The translations under genes and the position numbers were made by a program. From positions 4,123,214 through 4,187,213 of the forward strand of contig BFEA01000036.1 of assembly GCA_003427395.1 (NCBI GenBank): DNA of 64,000 bases, given 5' to 3'. The notes beneath the pieces are model-generated. The model saw nothing but the letters and a program-made list of their open reading frames with translations. It did not search any database and was not told where the DNA came from. Origin of the DNA: Chara braunii. Its lineage: Eukaryota; Plantae; Charophyceae. This document shows positions 1 to 10,870 of the stretch, piece by piece; within the stretch, counting starts at the first letter, position 1, and every line of letters begins with the position of its first letter.

Positions 1-585
1 TAGCTAATCTAGAATGCCAACCAGAAATCAAGGGTCTTATAATATCAGAATCCTGATCAACAAAACTTTCTGATGATGAAATTTGACGAGTATCCTGAGA
101 TGATCACAAAGATGATGGATAATGATGACGACGTTGATGATTATTTCTCTCCACCCCTCCCCTTCTTCCACGTATTCTCCTCCTCTCCCCTCATTTCCTT
201 TTCTCCTCTCGCTGCCTCTGCTGAGCACAACCCCAGCCCCAACGAGAGAGACTCTGAGAGAGAACCTCCCCATTCCCTTCTACCTTGAGGTAACCAGTTC
301 CCTCAAAAGGTGTACCTCAAAACTAACACTCTGACCTAGTCTGCCTCCGCCAGGAGATAATGCGCCCCCATACATATCTCCCAGCCCCAGCCCAGGTCAG
401 CTCCCATCATCTGCGTCTACTCCTTGGAGAGCAATCACCTCCCACCTTGTGTTACCCTTGCGGAGTAGCGCTCCCTTCCTGACCAACATACCTACCAACT
501 AGACCATATCCGATCTGGGAGATGAGAATATAACCACCAACGCAGAGATAACTACGGATTGGTGAAAAAATGAATAAAGAAGCCG

Positions 586-615
586 TGATGATGATGATGA
601 TGATGATGATTGGTA

Positions 616-665
<50 letters not shown>
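586..665. repeat. (GAT)n microsatellite
   Basis: Long GAT run with one short interruption. Confidence 0.95.
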
Positions 666-1384
666 GCTAAAATTGGCAAAAATAATTAAGGAACGTCGAA
701 CTTGCAATGCCCTAATGGCAACGGTGTGGAAGATGGACAGCTCACTATTGCTGTAATGAAAATAGAAGATGACGATGATTACGATTTTTACAGAGAAGTC
801 CGGACGGTAATCATGAAGAAGATAAAAAGAAGATAAATAACATGGATGATGAAAAAGAGAAGCCGATGATGATTACCACCGGTAATCAAATGAGGATTAC
901 AGAAATGACGGTGTCCTTGATGAAACCCCCCCGTTGAAAAGACAGTGATGAAAATCTCGATGCTCTTGATGGATAACCTGCACAAGACAAAAAACAGACA
1001 AAAGCACATATATAGGTTGATGACGACCTCCTAGCCGCTCTCTTGATGATTCTCTCCAAGTGGCACTGTGATGATTCTTCAAGGAGGACCGACGTTCTCC
1101 GCACTTTGGTTTCCACGGGGCTGACTCCACTTTCCTCCACCAACATCGACTTTCGTCAACTCGCATGAGCTCTCCAGCCTCTTTAAAGGTCTTGGCTATG
1201 GAGTACTTCATGTGAAAAACATAGGGAAAATGTTCAAACAGCAGTCGCCGCTACCATTCTCCCTTTTCCTCCGTGCCTCAGGCCAGATGCCACGTCAACC
1301 TGTGACGTAGTAACGACCGAGCGCCTCTGGATACCGCGCGTGCGTCAAGCGCTATCCCCCATCTAATTCACAAAATCACAGCAC

Positions 1385-1740
1385 CCTCGCACCAGCGCCT
1401 CCCTCCCGTCGGCTGCCAGCACCGCGCCACGTGTCAGCTAGCATCTTACTAGTCACCCCAAGCCAGCGCCTCGCCAGCCGCAAGTCACCAGCGCCCCACC
1501 ACTCACCTGTTGCCACCTGTTGCCAGCGCCTCGCCCCCTGCCAGCAGCCAGCGCCTCGCTGCACTCACACAGCCAGCGCCTCGCCACTCGCGAGAAGCCA
1601 GCGCCTTGCAACCTGCGAGAAGCCAGCGCCGCGCCACCTCCGACCAGCCTGCGCCTCGCCTGCAAGCAACCATCATGCCACCATCCGCGTGCCGCGGCGG
1701 CCCGCCAGCCATAGCGCTAGCGCTAACGCGTGCCTGCGCC
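1385..1740. repeat. Degenerate GC-rich short tandem motif (ccagcgcctcgc) in a putative LTR-element leader
   Basis: Many imperfect copies of ccagcgcc(tcgc) lying on the internal side of the PBS at 1766-1780. Confidence 0.6.
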
Positions 1741-1765
1741 GGTAGGTGGATGCACCCTCGGCCAA

Positions 1766-1780
1766 TCCGCTCTGATACCA
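1766..1780 (-). promoter_or_regulatory. Primer-binding site (tRNA-iMet type)
   Basis: Minus strand reads TGGTATCAGAGCGGA, 1 nt from the LTR end. Confidence 0.9.
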
Positions 1781-1781
1781 A

Positions 1782-2840
1782 TGTTATGACCCTGGCCAAT
1801 TTCGAGATACACATCCACCGGAAAGTACAATGCCATCCAATGTCCGAGTCCCTCTTCTACGGCAGGTATCACTTGAGGTCCACCATAGCCATGGCCGCCT
1901 CCCCACTCTTCACTCTCATAGGCCGAGGCTATGGCGGACTACCAGGCCTTGCCCAGATGCCCAAAGGACAACCCAAAGCAGCTATGGCTGCTCTAGCTCA
2001 GGCTGCCATGCCCAACCCTGCCTTGAAGCTTCTTGGTGTGGCTTCCCCCAGTTGGGGACCCCTTGCTGCAGCGCCCACCAAGGTGATGAAGATGGCTGCC
2101 ACCATAACCAGGTAAGTACCCCTGGCGCTTCTTCCCCTTCCTTCCTTCTTCCTCCCTCATGTCCTTCTCCTTCCTCCCCAGCAGCGCTGCTCCAGCCAGC
2201 GCTCCACCAGTGTGTCGCCAAACTTGCACACTGAAAAAGAGGCCGGACTCTCCGCCCGGCCCGAAGATATAGCGGCCTGCTTTGCCTCTTGGGCGGTGAC
2301 TTCCAGGCCGTTCGGCCTCCCAAGCAACCAGTACCTCCTCCCTTTCGGAGGGAAACATCATTGCAGACTCTGATATTGCCCGTACGGGCCCTAGACCCAG
2401 ACTGGTTGGACTGATATCCGCCTAGACCTAACCTACAACTACTGGGCCTCTAAAAATGCCACTTTTGTCTTCTTCTGCTCGGCCTCCGGTACCTGCACAT
2501 CTACCCCTTCCAGGTGCGGTACCGGCCTACCCGCTACTTGAGTGTTTTTCCCCGCTGCAACCCCTCAATGTCACGGCCACAGGTAAGTACCGGCCCTGAG
2601 GGCCCAACGAACAAGCAAGTGCCCTGACGGGCCTCACACATACTCTCATGCCAACCAGCACTCAGACAGGCACGGTCACACACACACTCAAGCCATCCAG
2701 CACTCAGACAGACATGCAGTCCAGCAAGCATGCACACACAGACTTAGTAGCAAGCAGGAAACTCAGCAGGGCATTCAGTCTATGGGCAAAACTCAGAAAT
2801 CAGTTGTGTGTTTCAGTCCATGTATGGACGGGTCATCACA
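1782..2840 (-). mobile_element. 5' LTR of a Gypsy element related to the 15105-24777 family (no coding part seen)
   Basis: Termini TGTTATGACC...GGTCATCACA; collinear with LTR 23364-24777 (gaggtccaccatagccatgg, ggagggaaacatcattgcagac, caggtaagtac); adjacent PBS. Confidence 0.9.
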
Positions 2841-3019
2841 GTCATAAATTTTAGAGAGGGTGCTTTTTTCGGCTCATCCAAAGGGTTGCCCTGCTGGTGA
2901 ACACTACGGATCGACTTGCTAACGGGAAAGATAGCCAGCATGACATGTGAGCTTGTGAGGCAAGCAGGCCTCTAGACATGTGAGCTTGTGAGGCAAGCAG
3001 GCCTCTACTGTGACTCCGG

Positions 3020-3870
3020 TTAAGAACGGGGTTGCATTCGAACGATGAAATATAGAGGAGGTTGGTTGCTTGCTTACCCGGCATAGGACTTAAGAGTTGC
3101 TTCACCGTGTTGGTCTGCATCTTCTCCAATGAGTGTTGGAGTAGGGGAGTAATAAATGCTCAGGCAGAATACTATTTAAGTAAGGTGTGTTCTGTCATCC
3201 TGCTGTAGTTCAATGGACAACTTGAAGTAGTTTGGATTACTTTGATCAAGTTTGATTGATTAGTGGGCAGATCGACGAAATAGTGAGGGAAGGGAAAACG
3301 ATGGACATAGTCGCTTGCCTACTCCTCGGGAACTGATGTCTGCTCTGTGAAGTGTGATGTTCCCGGTATATGACCTCTTCTTCTCTTATCGGGAAGGAAA
3401 GCCAGCATGGCATATGATCTATTGAGACAAGCTAGCCTTTACCGTACATTTGTTTAAAAACGGGGATGTATTCGAATGATGTTAGAATGGAGGGGGTTGG
3501 TTGGCTGCTTAGCAATTGAGAAGTGCTTCACTGTGGTGGTCTGCATCAAGCAATAAGTGTTGGGGTAGGCGAACGGTGAACGCTCAGGAGTAATACGATC
3601 TACGTAGGGTGTGCTGTTAAATTCTGTCATCCTGCTTTAGTTGTTTTTTTTTTTTTTCTTTTTTTTTCTTTTTTTTTTTTTTTCTTTTTTTTTTGATCCT
3701 GCGTTAGTTTGATGATCAAGTAATTTGAATTACGTAATGGATTGATCGACGAAGTAGTGAGGGAAGGAGGAATGATGGATATGGTATCTTGCCTTCTCCT
3801 CGTGATTTGACGTCTGCTCCGTGGGTGTGCTGATCCCGGAATATGACCTCTTCTTCTCTTCTGGCAAGGA
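3020..3870. repeat. Diverged tandem duplication (~430-480 bp units)
   Basis: Shared motifs in both units: aacgggg..ttcgaa.gatg, ggtctgcatc, ttctgtcatcctgct, gatcgacgaa.tagtgaggga, tatgacctcttcttctct. Confidence 0.8.
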
Positions 3871-4465
3871 CGACGTGCTATGCTGCACTAAGGATGGATT
3901 CAATAGCAGAACGGTTCATAACGAATGACCGATGTCATCATGGCACATCTTGTTGATTCTGTACTTCGGCAATTGAGATAGTGGATGCATATTATCGGCA
4001 TAACATATTGCTTGCAGCCAGCATGTCTGATTTTCCTCGTGCTATCAGGAAATCTTGACTTACTTGGAATTGGTCAAAGCTCATTGTATAGTCCAGTGTA
4101 TATCTGTGAGAAATGACGGCGGCATTCGCCTTACCTTCAAACCCTGTGACTGCATGATGCCAACCCACCCATAATACTGGAATGGTCTACTAAACTGTGC
4201 ATGGAAAAAGCTTTTTTTTCTCTCCGCAAGGATTCGAATCTCCCTGCTGATATTGCGAGGATCTTCCTCACCTCATCCATTGTAGCTATATGCGTAAACG
4301 CCATAACGATCTTTCATCCGCAAAGTTTGGGATGGCGTTCTTTCAATATTGCTCTTCCACGTGGAAGGGTGACGCGACATGCCGTGACCAAGTCGCGGCG
4401 GTTGTATTTCGTGATAAAACACACACGAACAAACACGCCCACAGTGCCTCACACACGCACACATG

Positions 4466-4467
<2 letters not shown>

Positions 4468-4517
<50 letters not shown>
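4468..4517. repeat. (TC)n microsatellite
   Basis: Direct. Confidence 0.95.
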
Positions 4518-4521
<4 letters not shown>

Positions 4522-4763
4522 CGCACGCGCGCTGAGAGAGAGACAGAGAGACAGAGGGAGTGCGCGCTTTCACACAGCTGCGCGCCTATGTGCGCGTGTT
4601 TTTTTTTTTTTTATCAATCAATCAATCAATCTATTTTTATTTCTTTATTTTGTTTTTCTAACCGTTTTGATGATTTTCATTTTTTTTTTAAATATAAAGA
4701 AGACCGAAAAATAAAATATAGAATATGGGGTTCTAGAGCACAAAAAGCTCTACATCCCCATAT

Positions 4764-4794
<31 letters not shown>

Positions 4795-4856
4795 GGCGGG
4801 AATTTCCTCATTTTGTACGGGGCCGTTCATACGGCCATATGAGCGGAGCCCCGTAC

Positions 4857-4894
4857 CTGTCTCTTATACACATCTAGATGTGTATAAGAGACAG
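4857..4894. other. Nextera mate-pair junction adapter (assembly artefact)
   Basis: Exact CTGTCTCTTATACACATCT-AGATGTGTATAAGAGACAG (two back-to-back Tn5 mosaic ends). Confidence 0.99.
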
Positions 4895-6300
4895 GTGTGC
4901 AACACAGGCGTTGACAAACTGGCTGATTGGTTCACGGAGTGTTTCCCCTCCGCCTTCTCCCACCTTTTCTGCGCGGTTGCCTTGTCCTCCTCCCTCTGCT
5001 CACTTGAACTGCTCTGCTCTCCCGACTCACTCTTATTGTACTCGTTGTAGTCGGGGTCGCTGGACTCAGCCTCCGAACTCTCCTCCTCTTCCTCTTCTTC
5101 TTCTTCTACAATCCTCCGCATTCCGATTGGATGCCAGAGGCCGAGATAGGTTATATCATCTGCGACCAGGTAATCACCGAGGGGTAATAGCGATTGTCAG
5201 CGTCAATTTCAGAGCAACGCGACTGCAGGAGATGGGGCGAGAGAGTTCGTGTCGGAGAGGTAGCCTTGGGATGTTCATCACAGTGAGAGAGGATGTGGAG
5301 TGGTAGATCGTAAAGGAGCTGCCCCAGAAACACTAACAATTCACCCGCAATCGGCTCCAAACGATCTATCCCCACTTTTCTGAACAAGACTCCTAGGAAC
5401 GCGCCCTTTGTGTCTGTCCTCCACACCTGGATTACCAACGGCTCCACGTCGTCGTCAGAGATCTCGTCCTTATTGGCCCCGACCGGCTGCTCAGCACAGT
5501 GGAATATGACCCCGTCACCCAGATTAAGCAAAAGTTGAGCACCATGTTCCACCAATCTCTCCACTTGGCTGCTTCTAGGATTGGCACGTCTAAGTGCTCG
5601 ATCCGGAAAGACATGGGCGTCGGCGGTGGATTGTCAGAGAATGGGGAAGTCTGAAGGGAGCCCGAAAGTCGGGAAACGGTGCCGGTTCATTGGGGCTGCA
5701 CAAGAGGAATGAACTCTGGAATGAACACCTCTGGCGTCATCCCGTGAATTTGGATATGGATCACGTCAACGTCGTTAGTGTTGAAGATCTGATCTCCAGG
5801 CTGCGCTAGGAGCCGTGTCCACGCGGTCGTAAGATCCTGCGCCCAGATCCGTAATTGTTGAAGAATACCCGTGTGCAGTGTGTGGGTCCCTTCGTGCAGC
5901 GTTGTAAGATCGCCGGTGAAGGAGACTACCACAAATACGTGGCTGACGTCGGACATTGACAATCGCAAGAAGGTCGATACCTCGGCCAGTACCCGTGTTT
6001 TGTCGCCGATATGAACAAATCGAAATTATGTCGCTGCATGTATAGTCGCCGTACTGAAGAAAGCCGCAAATTGGAGAAGATCCGGGCTCAACCTTGGATG
6101 ATGCACTTACCGAATGGACGAGATATGTCCCCCAGGTCTCAACAGTCGCTCATTGATCACCTGCTCTGTAGAAAAGCTCATGGCGAAAGGCGAGGGAGAG
6201 AGGATGAAGGCCGAGAAAAAGGAGAAGAACAGTGTTCAGGATCGTCGCTCTCCCACTTAGAGGTTGGGGGGGAGTCAGGAGGCAAGAGAGATGGAGAGAT
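4895..6300 (-). pseudogene. Disrupted reading frame of unknown function, probably transposon-derived
   Basis: Successive minus-strand ORF pieces (5687-5968, 5151-5564, 4864-5121) with protein-like composition and an acidic poly-E tract; no domain confidently recognised. Confidence 0.35.
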
Positions 6301-6719
6301 AGGCAAAGGTCGAAGATAGGACATGTGGCGAATGATTGGCTTAGCCGACCGGCTCCCCAACCAGTGTGGTACCCCCATTCACCGTTCACGGGTTCTGTGA
6401 ATGAAAACCGGTCATGGAGTTCATGGAGAGCGGGATCGCTGTTTTTTTTTTTTTTCGCTGGGGAGGGTGTGTTTGTTTTTTATAGGAGGGTGGGGGTTAT
6501 CAGAGGGTAACCCCCCATATTTTTTTTATTTTTTTTTTATGAATAATATTTTTTTAATTTAAAACGAAAAACAAATGCAACCAGTCGAAATAAGCATTTT
6601 TGCTTGTTATTTTGTAGGGTTTTTTTTTTTTTTTTTTTTTTTTTTTAATGTCATCACCCTGTGGGGCTTCAGGCGATTGTAGGGTTCCCATTTCAGGCCT
6701 CACAGCTCCGGACTTGTCG

Positions 6720-7108
6720 ACGTGGGCCATTTCAGTAATTCGCTGCCTTTTCCGGGCTAACCGAGGGCTATGAATCCCCGTGGCCGCAGTGACCGCGGGC
6801 ACAACCGCGGCCTCAGTCACCGTGGGCACGACCTCGGCCGCGAGGCTGCAGTCATGACCACAGAGGCCGCGGTATTCGGCGGCCCGCTGCGTCCAAGGGG
6901 AGAGGGGGTTGGGGAAGGGGGTTGTGGATTGGGGTTCCGGAACCCCGACCCCACCCCCTTGAACAAAAAAAAGTTAAAAAAATATATTTTGGGGGGGGTG
7001 GTTTCTGGTGTGTGAAAAAAAAGAAAAAAGAAAAAAAAAAATCAAATATTGATTGATTGATAGATTGATTGATTGATTGATTGGTTGATTGGTTGATTGA
7101 CTGATTGG

Positions 7109-7144
<36 letters not shown>

Positions 7145-7145
7145 C

Positions 7146-7181
<36 letters not shown>

Positions 7182-7330
7182 GGGGTCCTCCCTCCCCTTC
7201 CCCCCCCGGCACAATGTCATGCACACGCACACACACACACACGCGCGCGCACGTGCCCACACACATACACACGCGCGCGCGCACACACAACACACACACA
7301 CACACACACGCACACACACACATACAAAAA
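6720..7330. repeat. GC-rich repeat followed by (ATTG)n and (CA)n; paralogous to 13745-14320
   Basis: Same order of ggggagggggttgggg / ccccaccccct / (attg)n / (ca)n blocks at both loci. Confidence 0.75.
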
Positions 7331-8152
7331 ATCAGTTTCATGTCTGCCAGTCTTACTTCTGTTGTTTGTCCTCCCTCTGATTTTTTCTAAGTTTTATTGT
7401 CTGCCCGACTGAGCACCCTTAAGTAGTGTCAAACAGTCGGTGGTTCCTCGTTTGGAGTGCCTACTGCACTCTTATGGGGGCCGCTCGGTTCCGGATGTCT
7501 GTGTTGTCTGTAGGTATCCGCTCGTCGGTGTGACTCCCTGGCTCAGTGGGTGGTGGGAACCAACAATCTGTGGAGTTCAATCGTGATGTGAGTAGGTCAT
7601 GTGTTGCTTTGCTTCGTGTTGGATGTGTGGACGTCCTCGTCTGCGCTTCGCCACTGCCCTGCTGCCTGTCCCACTTGCTTCGCGAGTGGTTCTTTGCAGG
7701 TTAATGTGTTTGTTGTGCGTTGTGGCCGTGTTGTTGGTGTTGCCTTGCGCTTCGCTGCTCCGCTGCCGTGCTGCTCATCCATTGGCCGTGCCTGCCGTGC
7801 TTGCCTGTCGTGCTTGCCGCTTTTGTGCCCTGTAGGTTGATTGCCTTGTTGTTGGTGCCTTGTGCTCCCCTCCATGGTTGTCCAGCTGCTGGTTCACTCG
7901 CCCTGTCGTCCCCTGCAGTGTTGTTGCCGTGCTTGTGTTGCCTTGTGCTTCACTACATGGCTGCCGCGCTGCGTGCCATGTCGTTCCTTGCACTCGTTTT
8001 TGGCGTTTTGCAGCCGTGTTGCCTCCACCGTGTTGCCTGGTGCTTCACAGGGTTGCTGCCCGCTGCTATGTTCCCCTTGGGGACAGTCTGCCTTCAACAA
8101 GGGTCAATTTGAAAGGGTTAATGACCCAAACCATCAAATACGGGGATTCCAC

Positions 8153-8208
8153 AGATTATTGAGGGTTCAGCCTCCTGATGAGTCGGTGCAACTCCCACGA
8201 AACAATCT
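8153..8208 (+). ncRNA. Candidate type III hammerhead ribozyme (degenerate)
   Basis: agatt-att-gagg(gttcag)cctc-CTGATGA-gtcgg(tgcaact)cccac-GAAA-caatct: both core boxes and three stems in type III order, with one mismatch in stem II and one in stem III. Confidence 0.6.
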
Positions 8209-9024
8209 TTAATCATCTGTTTATTTATTTTTTTCAGTCTTTGCCTGGTTTATACTTGTATTTTTTTCTGGTGTTGTTTTTGCATTGTCGTCGTTTTTCT
8301 TGTTGTTGTTTCCCTCGCTGCTTTACGTTGTTTGTTTGCCCATCCGTCTACCCGATGCCTTTCACCCAGTGTGCTTTGTTGTTTTGTGCTGTTTGCCTGC
8401 CCACCCGCCTCCCCCATGCCCTCCAGCCTATATGCTTTGCTGCCTTGTGCTGTTTGCCTTGTGGCTTGCTGTCTGTCTGCCCACCCGCTTCCCCCTTGCC
8501 CTCCAGCCTTCACCCTTTGTTGATGCCGCATGCCCTTTTCCCTCGATGTCTTTTTTCTGCCTTCCCTTAGTTGCTGTGTTTTGTTTTTTTCAGCTCATGG
8601 CTTAGTGCCCTCGGGCTCTAGTCCTTGCATCTTTTTAGGGAAGTCAGTGAGGTCGTGCATACCCAGTCGAAATTCAATGGAATATTCGCGTGGATCAGGG
8701 TGTGATTTGTTCGATGTTGTAATGTATGTGCGACTGGCATTATTTATGTTGTGTGATGTTGACTTTCAACTTGAAGCTGAAATTAGTTGCCAATGGGTGT
8801 TCTTTTTCCTCTTACTAGGGTTTAAATTTGCCAGCCTTCCTCGCACTGCACTGCAGCAAAGTTTAACGGAGCTGCATCCTGTGAAACCCATGTCTACCCT
8901 ACCTAGACCATGTGACCTAAAGGCACATGCATTGGAATTGCAACCATCAGCCTCACTTCATAGGTGACACTGTGGGTGTATAAGGTACTAGGGTGTTAGG
9001 GAGGGAGTTATGATGACCAGTCAC

Positions 9025-9192
9025 CCGCAGGGTGGATGCGCCGGCCTCATTTGGCTGGTGCCGAGCCGCAGGGTTGATGTGCTAGCCTCATTTGGCTGGC
9101 GCCAAGCCGCAGAGTGGATGCGCAGGCCTCATTTGGCTGCCGCCGAGCCACAGGGTGGATGCGCCGGCCTCATTTGGCTGGCGCCGAGCCGC
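9025..9192. repeat. 41-bp minisatellite, 4 copies
   Basis: Unit ccgcagggtggatgcgccggcctcatttggctggcgccgag at 9025, 9066, 9107 and 9148; no spacers. Confidence 0.9.
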
Positions 9193-9284
9193 CACCAGCC
9201 AGTTTGGTCGGAGTCCCGAGTTGTGGCTGCAGCCAAGCCGCCTAGAATTTTGTTCTTTGGCTGGGAAACATACTGGTGGTTTAA

Positions 9285-9419
9285 ACCACCAGTACTTTTC
9301 TAGAGTGGTGCCCGTTAACGCGCCGTACAGGCTACTACAGGAGCGCCCAAATTCATCAGACTAGAAACATTTCTACTCTATTTTTTCGGCGGCCGATAGC
9401 TGGGCCAAGTACTGGTGGT
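9285..9419. mobile_element. MITE with ACCACCAGTACTT terminal inverted repeats flanked by TTAA
   Basis: TTAA-ACCACCAGTACTT...AAGTACTGGTGGT-TTAA; inverted homologue at 29941-30089. Confidence 0.8.
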
Positions 9420-10177
9420 TTAACAACAAGAAGAAGGAATTGCTGCGATCATGAGGCTTGGTAGACATGCGGTCACATGCCTGAGACAAACGTCACGGTG
9501 CACACAGCTTGGAAGTGGTGCGGGCTGTCCTAGAGTTGGTACCTGGGAGGCTGGAACCTGGTAGAGTATGTGTCCCACTGTTTCACTCCGCCTCAGCTGA
9601 TCCCACGTCGGGACCAAGACTGTGTCCCATGCACCACCCAGCCAGACCTGTTCCTCAGTCACTTGGGGCTCTGAAATGCTTCCTCGCTCAAGTTGCTCTC
9701 CAGTTTCTTTCGAGCCAGTAAATAACCTGTCAGTCAATCCTCTGAATATCAGAGTAATCAATGCTGGCAGGTACTCCTCACAGACTCAAATCCCTTATCT
9801 ATATTCTCATCTATAGTTTCTGCCTGAGAGAAGAAACAGGGAGGATAAGAGTTAGCGGGCAATAGCAGATATCAGGCGCCCGGTACAGGGCGAAGAGGCT
9901 CTTTCCCCTCCCACAAATGTCCTGCACAGTTAATACTCTGGATTCAGAGTAATCAATGGTGGCAGGTACCCCTCAAGGTTCCGATTCTGATACTATCCAA
10001 GGTCACCCAAGGTCATTTTTGAAAAGAAAAAAAAAAACAAAAAAAAACTGTCAGCGATTGGAAGGACTACCCCCTTGATGTTTTGAAAAGCAAAGGATGG
10101 CCACATTACACACTGGCCGACGGACATCCATGGTTATGTGCTCCAGAAATTCCTGGAAATGTAGTAAATAAAATACA

Positions 10178-10210
10178 GTAGTATCTGTTCTGATCAGTTT
10201 GATATCTGAT
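10178..10210 (+). pseudogene. U2: U2 snRNA fragment (branch-point recognition region and stem IIa)
   Basis: GTAGTATCTGTTCTgATCAGTTTgATATCTGAT matches conserved U2 GTAGTATCTGTTCTTATCAGTTTAATATCTGAT at 31/33 positions. Confidence 0.85.
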
Positions 10211-10410
10211 TTATATTGTTAAAACAAAAGTGGAAACTACGCGGGAGTCACGAAAATGAGTTATAATTGAACCACGGGCGAAGATACAGTTTTGAATTGC
10301 AGTTCGGGCAATGTATACAACCCAGAGATCTAGCAGGTAACAAGAGAGAAAGCAAAAATTTAAAGGAAATTAATTTAATGGTAATGCACCTGACAAACCC
10401 TGGGAAAGCC

Positions 10411-10480
10411 TGGGTAGACTGTGAGGACCCCGGCCTCAAATTTTCATATTGGAAATATCAGCCTTGGGCACTGGGCCCCT

Positions 10481-10514
<34 letters not shown>
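10411..10514 (+). mobile_element. 5'-truncated LINE 3' end related to the 41479-48895 element
   Basis: Poly(A); TSD ctgggaaagcc (10400-10410 and 10515-10525); tgtgaggaccccggcctc matches the minus strand at ~41593-41610. Confidence 0.75.
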
Positions 10515-10516
<2 letters not shown>

Positions 10517-10870
10517 GGGAAAGCCATCAACTTAACCCATTGCAGAAGCAGAAATGACAGTGCCATCATCATGGGCCTCATGGCCATCATGAATACCACA
10601 CTTTACAAATTATTACCATGTATATAAAAAAAAGGAAACAAGAAGGAAAAAAGCATGGTTTGGCGTGATTTATGTGTTGTAAAATTCGGCTCGGCAAATG
10701 TGCATTCATCATGGTTCTCCTGTTCTATCTCTGATGTCTCTCGTCATCAACTGTAGGGCTCGGTTCCAATATTGTTGCCTATAGTATGCTTTTTTTTTTT
10801 TTTTTTTTCCCTATAGTATGCTTGGTACATTGTACCCTGATTTTTGGTTGAAATCAAAAATTTGAGCAGC

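Noticed and set aside
4201-4842. 213-aa ORF and similar ORFs at 6852-7412, 58532-59222 and 60779-61338
   Set aside because: Open only because of microsatellites or N gaps; no domain signal.
4857-4894. Tn5 ends as a real bacterial transposon or horizontal transfer
   Set aside because: Synthetic mosaic ends in the exact library-adapter configuration.
9025-9192. 41-bp repeats as a CRISPR array
   Set aside because: Head-to-tail units without unique spacers, no cas genes, eukaryotic context.
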